Positions 6,307 through 11,639 of a DNA stretch of 11,639 nucleotides are shown here, in pieces. Both the position numbers and the translations under genes were made by a program. Origin of the DNA: a candidate division WOR-3 bacterium (lineage in GTDB: Bacteria > Hydrothermota > Tepidihabitantia > Tepidihabitantales > JAOUPE01); contig JBDRUX010000078.1 of NCBI GenBank assembly GCA_039801565.1, positions 1-11,639 on the forward strand, read 5' to 3'. The notes under the pieces were generated by a model, which saw only the letters and a list, made by a program, of their open reading frames with translations, ran no database searches and was not told the DNA's origin. Position 1 is the stretch's first letter. Each line of letters opens with the position of its first letter.

Positions 6307-8931
6307 ATGAAAAAACAAAAACGAAATATTGTTGCGACATTAGTCTACATTTGCCTATTGTTGCTTCTTATTGGTTTAAATTCGTTCATTAAAATCCATA
6401 ATTTCGGCGATGGTAAACTTTATTACTCGGATGCGGCGTTAAGATTCCATTATGCCGAAATGTATTCTCAGGGCAAAAAGATTCCAATCGTTGATAAACA
6501 AGTACTCTATCCGGAAGGACTAAAAGTCCGAACCTTAATCCATTTAACAATGGACTGGGTGATTGGCAGCTCGCATCGGCTACTCTTTCCCAAAATCCCA
6601 TTCACCGATTATGTGAAATACTTTGTCAGCATATTCTCTTCGCTTTCGGTTTTACTGGTTTTTCTTTTAAGCACGGCAATCTGGCAAAATAGAGAAATCG
6701 GATTGATTTCGGCTTTATTTTATACCATCGGAATCCCAAGTTTCTGGCGGATTACTGGTAATTACTTGCGTGAATCATTTGCCCTGCCATTTATCTTTAC
6801 TGCTATTTGTCTCTTTTCGCTTGGGCTAAGAAACGAAAAAAAGAATTGGCAAATTAATCTATTCTTACTCTTATCCGGATTAGCCTTTGCAATTGCCCTT
6901 ATCTCCTGGCACTTATCCCAGTTCTTTTTTTCGGTCTTCGCAATATTTTTAATCTTTTATTTTATATTGAATATCCAATCAACTAAAATCTTTCGAAGTC
7001 TCGGTCTCTTTTTAATGCCAATTTTATTAGTTGGTCTTATTTGGCAGCCAATCAGTTCCAAATATTTTTTGCTTTCATTTCCAGTAATAATGACTATCTG
7101 GTTATGGCTAATCGCAATGATGTTTAAAAATCAGAGTAATCGCTTAAAGAAAACATTATTGGCGTTTATTCTCATACCAGTCTATTTTATTGTGATAAAA
7201 ATATTTCCCAGATACTTTACGGAATATGGTCATGTCTTTGAAACCGTGGTTGCCAAGATAATCCATCTCGGGCAAAAACCAGCTAATCCGGCTTTGCTCT
7301 CTTTTGATGCCCGTTCCATCTGGATGGGACCTTTTGCCAGTCCCGGACCGATTTCAATCATATTTTCAATGCTTGTGCCGTTTGGCTTAGCAATTATTGG
7401 TTGGATAAGTTCGCTAACCCGTGATTTCTTCAAGCGTTTTGATTACAACCGTCTTTTTCTCTCTTATTTTATAATTGCCTTCACTATTTTATACTTACTG
7501 ATAATTCGACTTGAGGTCTTTCTTTTCTTTTTTCTTACTATTGCGATTGGTGGCAATCTGAGTCTTATTTTTAAAAAACGGAGGCTATGGCAACTAATTT
7601 TACTGCTTTTGATTAGTGGTTTCCTGATTGAGTGCTATAAGACGATGAATTATCAAAAACTACTCAACCGTTACTATTTTCAACTTGCTCAGGAATGGCT
7701 CAGTAAACCAACTGGTTATGGTTCGGATTGGGAAAGTCTGACCAATTGGATTAAAGAGCACACCAAACCGGATGACGCAATCCTTGCTGATGTTGACATT
7801 AGTGCAATGCTTCTAACCTATGTCGGACGACCAATAATCATTGAGCCAATCTATGAAAATGCGATAACCCGAGACCGAGCCAAAGAGTGTTTGAGTGCTT
7901 TTTATCAGCCGGAGCCCGATTTCTTAAAATTAATCAAAAAATATCAAGTAAAGTATGTTATTTACCAGCAAGATTTCCTATTGGACAATTCTAAAGAGTC
8001 GAATCGCTATTTAACGGATAATTTAAAAGTGAAAAAGAATTCGGTAGCATATTTAATGCATTTCCAACCTGAAAGTCTTAACTTCTTTGAACTTCGGCAT
8101 CAGACAAATACCTTTCGGGTCTATAAAGTGCTTACCGAAAATGAACAAAAATCACCACCTGCCCAATTTCCTTATTCGCCTTATTTTGACCGAGCGCTTT
8201 TTAAGCAAGACCCAAGCAAAGAATATTTTGATGATACCCAGACACCAAAGGTTGAGAGTTTAGTCTTTGCGGCACTCCAGCACTATAACTTGGCAACCGA
8301 ATTACTAAAGAAGAATGATTATTCCAATGCGATTAACCATTTTGAGTCAGTGCTTCAAATCTTTCCGGACTTTGAGCGAACTTATTATTATTTAGGGCTC
8401 TGTTACCAAAAAATGTCTTATTATCAGCAGGCTCTTTTTTATTTCGATAAGGCAATCAATTCTTATCCTCGCGATTTAGATGCCTATCTTGCCAAGGCAA
8501 CAATTTTAGATGCTCAGGGCAACTTAACCGAAGCAGCCGCTATCCTTGTTAAGACAATTAAGATTTATCCGCAAAAGAGCGATTTATATTCGATGCTCGG
8601 TCACCTCTATATCAAACGCAATCGGATTGATGATGGGATAAAAGAGTTCCAATTATTATTAGATTCTTTGCCACCAACCAGTCCGCTTCATCTTTATACC
8701 GGTTATCTTTTTGCCTATAAAAATGACTTGAATAAGGCTGAAATTGAATTTGAAAAAGCCAAGGCATCTGATTCGACGAATCCAGAAGTTTACGAGGCGT
8801 TCGGTTCGCTCTATTTACAAAAGCGGGAATTGGCGAAGGCGATAAATAATTTTGAAAAATCTTTAGAACTTAACCCTAACCAGCCCAAGATTAAAGAATT
8901 GCTTTTGGAATTGCAGAGGAAAAGATTTTAG
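6307..8931 (+). CDS. DPY19-like GT-C-fold membrane glycosyltransferase (STT3/DPY19 clan) with C-terminal TPR repeats
   Basis: About 12-13 hydrophobic segments. Acidic residue after TM1 (YYSDAALRFHY) followed by YPEG. Motifs LRESFALPF, SWHLSQF, GHVFETVVAK, LIIRLEVF, WIKEHTKPD and RPIIIEPIYEN...RDR. No WWDYG. About 6 TPRs from ~8270 to the end (e.g. YYYLGLCYQKMSYYQQALFYFDKAINSYP). Start is ATG 6307 or TTG 6301. Confidence 0.8.
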   Translation: MKKQKRNIVATLVYICLLLLLIGLNSFIKIHNFGDGKLYYSDAALRFHYAEMYSQGKKIPIVDKQVLYPEGLKVRTLIHLTMDWVIGSSHRLLFPKIPFTDYVKYFVSIFSSLSVLLVFLLSTAIWQNREIGLISALFYTIGIPSFWRITGNYLRESFALPFIFTAICLFSLGLRNEKKNWQINLFLLLSGLAFAIALISWHLSQFFFSVFAIFLIFYFILNIQSTKIFRSLGLFLMPILLVGLIWQPISSKYFLLSFPVIMTIWLWLIAMMFKNQSNRLKKTLLAFILIPVYFIVIKIFPRYFTEYGHVFETVVAKIIHLGQKPANPALLSFDARSIWMGPFASPGPISIIFSMLVPFGLAIIGWISSLTRDFFKRFDYNRLFLSYFIIAFTILYLLIIRLEVFLFFFLTIAIGGNLSLIFKKRRLWQLILLLLISGFLIECYKTMNYQKLLNRYYFQLAQEWLSKPTGYGSDWESLTNWIKEHTKPDDAILADVDISAMLLTYVGRPIIIEPIYENAITRDRAKECLSAFYQPEPDFLKLIKKYQVKYVIYQQDFLLDNSKESNRYLTDNLKVKKNSVAYLMHFQPESLNFFELRHQTNTFRVYKVLTENEQKSPPAQFPYSPYFDRALFKQDPSKEYFDDTQTPKVESLVFAALQHYNLATELLKKNDYSNAINHFESVLQIFPDFERTYYYLGLCYQKMSYYQQALFYFDKAINSYPRDLDAYLAKATILDAQGNLTEAAAILVKTIKIYPQKSDLYSMLGHLYIKRNRIDDGIKEFQLLLDSLPPTSPLHLYTGYLFAYKNDLNKAEIEFEKAKASDSTNPEVYEAFGSLYLQKRELAKAINNFEKSLELNPNQPKIKELLLELQRKRF

Positions 8932-10197
8932 TTACCGTCCGATTACGGTTACGTTATCACTCCATTCATTGACGACATAAACATAATGATTATTACGAAG
9001 GGCGACACCAAAACACGGACCATTACCAGCCGGGATTGTATCAACCACGGTATTGTCGTGGGTTCGAATTACCGTAACATTGTCGTTTGAGTTATTAAAT
9101 ACATAAAGATATTGGCTATTATGGAGTGGCGCAGCGTGAACTGGACCATAACCCACTGGGATTGTTTTTATAACCGTATTATTGGAAATATCAATCACCG
9201 AGACATTATCACTGCTGCGATTTATTGCATAGGCATATTGACCATTTTGGAGTGGCACTACTGACCAAGGCGATGAACCCACCGAAATCGTTGCGACAAC
9301 TGAATCGTTTGAGGTTTTAATTACTGCTACGCTATTGCTTAGCCATTGGCTCACATAAATGTATTGATTATTGTGCAGTGCCGAAATACCGACCGGACCA
9401 CCGCTTAAGGGAAATGTCTTCTCCACAGTATTATTTTGCGCATTCACTTTTGTAATACTGTGATAATCGCCATTTGTTACATACAGATAATTGCCGTTCG
9501 GTAATACGGTGATATTGATTGGACCATAACTCATTGGGATTGTTGTCTCAACCGTATTAGTTGCGGTGCTGATTACCGAGATGCTATTGCCATTGCGATT
9601 GACAACATAAACATATTGACCATTAGGTGAAGCCACAATACCATCTGGTGCATCACCGACCGGAACCGTTGCGATAACAGTATTATCTTCGGTGCGGATT
9701 ACTGAGACATTGTCATCATCACGATTTGCTACATAAACATATTCGCCATTAGGAAGGGCAGTAATGTCCAAAGGATGATGTCCAACTGGAATTGTTGCTA
9801 TGACCCGATTCGGGTAACCGTCATCGGAAATCATAATCCGATGAACAATTGCCCAATTTGATACTGCATCACTTGCATCTTTTGCCTGGACTTTAATCTC
9901 ATAAGTTCCCGGATTGGTCCAAGAGTGTGTCAGCTTAATCGGTTGCCCGGAAGGGACAAAAGAACTCCAATCCGATATGATACCATCACCCCAATCCAAC
10001 CGAACCGAGACCGCTTCATCGTCAGGGTCAACGGCCGAAACTACAAAATCATAATTAGAATTGGGCATTCCGATTTCTGGTCCTAATTGCTCATTGGGAA
10101 TATCAATATTTGGTGCGGTTGGTTTCTTTTGACAGCCAACGATGATAACCCTAAACAAGGTCATCAAAGTTAGGGTGGTTTTTAAAAACCGGTTCAT
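8932..10197 (-). CDS. Lipoprotein with a PKD-like domain and a 7-bladed YVTN/YncE-type beta-propeller
   Basis: ATG 10197 with AAGGAGG RBS at 10202-10208. Lipobox IIVG-C. PKD motif LDWGDG...THSWTNPGTYEIKVQAKD. Seven ~42-aa repeats of the form IPVGxxPxxI...PNGxYVYVxNxxxxxVSVI. Confidence 0.88.
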   Translation of the reverse strand: MNRFLKTTLTLMTLFRVIIVGCQKKPTAPNIDIPNEQLGPEIGMPNSNYDFVVSAVDPDDEAVSVRLDWGDGIISDWSSFVPSGQPIKLTHSWTNPGTYEIKVQAKDASDAVSNWAIVHRIMISDDGYPNRVIATIPVGHHPLDITALPNGEYVYVANRDDDNVSVIRTEDNTVIATVPVGDAPDGIVASPNGQYVYVVNRNGNSISVISTATNTVETTIPMSYGPINITVLPNGNYLYVTNGDYHSITKVNAQNNTVEKTFPLSGGPVGISALHNNQYIYVSQWLSNSVAVIKTSNDSVVATISVGSSPWSVVPLQNGQYAYAINRSSDNVSVIDISNNTVIKTIPVGYGPVHAAPLHNSQYLYVFNNSNDNVTVIRTHDNTVVDTIPAGNGPCFGVALRNNHYVYVVNEWSDNVTVIGR

Positions 10198-10289
10198 AAT
10201 GCCTCCTTTCACCTTCATTGGTATTGTCAAAATTTTTCTCCTTTGTTTCTCTTAAGTAGCTGATTTTATTATGCCTTTTAAAAATAGGC

Positions 10290-10345
10290 TTGCCTCCCCC
10301 TCTTTTTAAGGGTAAATTTATAATTAAAATGAAAAAACAAAGGAG
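10290..10345 (+). promoter_or_regulatory. Putative transposase promoter and RBS
   Basis: TTGCCT (10290-10295), 17-nt spacer, TAAATT (10313-10318). AAGGAG at 10340-10345, ATG at 10354. Confidence 0.45.
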
Positions 10346-10353
10346 ACAAGCCT

Positions 10354-11639
10354 ATGAATAAAATCGCCCGTTTCGTTATCTGGATTTGTAAACATTTCAC
10401 TAAATCCGAAATCGAACAAATCATTAAAGAACTGTCCGATATCTTAGCTAACCGAAACCCAGAAGTAAAGCCCAAAGACGACTTTAAAGAAAAGCACCCG
10501 CATTTCCATAACTATCCAGTTGATCCAATTCCACCGCTTCCGCTCCCACCAAAACCAACCATCACCTTGAACCGGAAAGAACTCTTAGCCGAATATAAGA
10601 GAAAGAACAATCAAGAACTAAAATCCGCCTAAGGCGGATCAAAGACCTAAATAATAAAGTCCCGGATAATGTCCGATGCCGAATCTGTTCGGCACCAGCT
10701 TCTTATCTCTATTTCAACGACGGCAAGAAACACTCTCAGGTAAGATGTAAAGTCTGTGCAAGCTTCTCGACAGTTTACGCTCGACATAAGCGAAGTCCAA
10801 AATACGCCCGCCCTTATTGTAGCTCAAACCTCTTTCTCTGGAAAGAACGAAAAGACTGCTCAATCTATAAATGCGATAATGACCACTGCCCTTATTACCT
10901 CGAACGCAAATCAAAACTAAATCCTGCCGAAAGAGCGCTCTTTATCCTTAAGCCATCGCAATTTAAGTTGCGGTATTCGTTCAAGGAATTCCACTTCACT
11001 TCCGAACAGTTAAAGGTCACCGCACCGGAAAAGAAAGAGAACGCACTTACCAGAATCAATAATAGCCTCAATACCCTCTGCCTAGCTTTAACCTTTCATA
11101 TCTCTTTAGGACTCTCGGCAAGGAAAACCGCTTTTGCCTTGCGTAATGTCTTTTCCCTTAAAGTCTCTTATCAAACCATTCTCAATTATTGTGAACTCGC
11201 CGCCTACTATTGTCACCAGTTTAACCTTGCTTACAAAGGCGATGCCGAAGCTATTCAGGCTGGTGATGAGAGCTGCATTAAAGTTTTTGGTGAGAAGAAT
11301 TATGGCTTCTTCTTTATCGCACCAAAAGGAAGGATGATTACCGCTTACCAGATTGCTTCTAATAAAGATACCTTGCCCGCTACGGTTGCGATGAGGGAAG
11401 CTTTAAGAACGGTTCCCGAAGAGAAGAAGGCGGTGGTTTTCATTACCGATGGCAACCCTTCTTACCAATCGGCTATTCATTTTCTTAACCAGAATCAAAC
11501 CTTGACCATTAACCATAAACCAGTGATTGGTCTACAGAACTTGGATTCGGCGAGTGAAGAATTTAGACCGTTCAGGCAATTGATCGAGCGACTCTTTAGA
11601 ACTTACAAGTTTCATATTAAAGCCGCTTATGGGTTTAAG
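10354..11639 (+). pseudogene. Frameshifted DDE transposase with zinc-ribbon motifs
   Basis: The 92-aa ORF stops at TAA 10630-10632. The -1 frame is open to the window end: VPDNVRCRICSAPASYLYFNDGKKHSQVRCKVC...YARPYC...YKCDNDHCP...GLSARKTA...VSYQTILNY (HTH)...AGDESCIKV...FITDGNPSY...QLIERLFRTYK, giving a D-D-E triad. Confidence 0.8.
10623..10639. repeat. 17-bp GC-rich palindrome at the transposase frame break
   Basis: ATCCGCC-TAA-GGCGGAT. The loop TAA is the premature stop codon. Confidence 0.8.

Larger units (their letters stand above)
10220..11639 (+). mobile_element. Insertion sequence, IS6-like (DDE_Tnp_IS240-type); right end outside window
   Basis: Contains a DDE transposase. Candidate left end GGTATTGTCAAAA (10220-10232) resembles the GG-N3-GT termini of IS6-family elements. 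The partner IR is not visible, so the boundary is tentative. Confidence 0.6.

Noticed and set aside
6307..8260. Annotation as STT3/PglB oligosaccharyltransferase
   Set aside because: WWDYG is absent at the equivalent position, while DPY19-type motifs are present.
8935..9810. Periodic ~126-nt repeats as a CRISPR-like or DNA repeat array
   Set aside because: They are degenerate, in-frame YVTN propeller blades.
10198..10230. TTG start at 10230 for the YVTN protein, or TTGACA as its promoter
   Set aside because: The strong RBS points to ATG 10197, and there is no -10 box at the right spacing.
10600..10640. Programmed -1 frameshift in the transposase
   Set aside because: No canonical X-XXY-YYZ slippery heptamer at a suitable distance upstream of the hairpin.
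10278..11337. ORFs 10278-10475 (-), 10714-10914 (-) and 11134-11337 (+)
   Set aside because: Alternate-frame or antisense overlaps of the transposase.

Overview
AT-rich bacterial window from a diderm. The gene content is reminiscent of FCB-group or candidate WOR-3-like bacteria, but this is inference only. The left part is a minus-strand operon: tldD, then a TPR/Pal-OmpA fusion lipoprotein, then pyrK (runs off the window and is missed by the ORF track). Next is a polyprenol-phosphate-mannose synthase (DPM1/Ppm1-like GT2), divergent from a small exported beta-barrel-like gene that appears frameshifted near its end. After about 0.8 kb of AT-rich or decayed sequence comes an 874-876 aa multi-pass GT-C glycosyltransferase with C-terminal TPRs, then a convergent PKD + YVTN beta-propeller lipoprotein and a disrupted IS6-like DDE transposase. 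The main finding is that the GT-C protein lacks the STT3/PglB WWDYG motif but matches, motif by motif and in order, the eukaryotic DPY19 tryptophan C-mannosyltransferases. It lies about 1.5 kb from the enzyme that would make its lipid-P-mannose donor, suggesting a candidate bacterial DPY19-type protein mannosylation system. DPY19 motifs were compared from memory; no searches were run.
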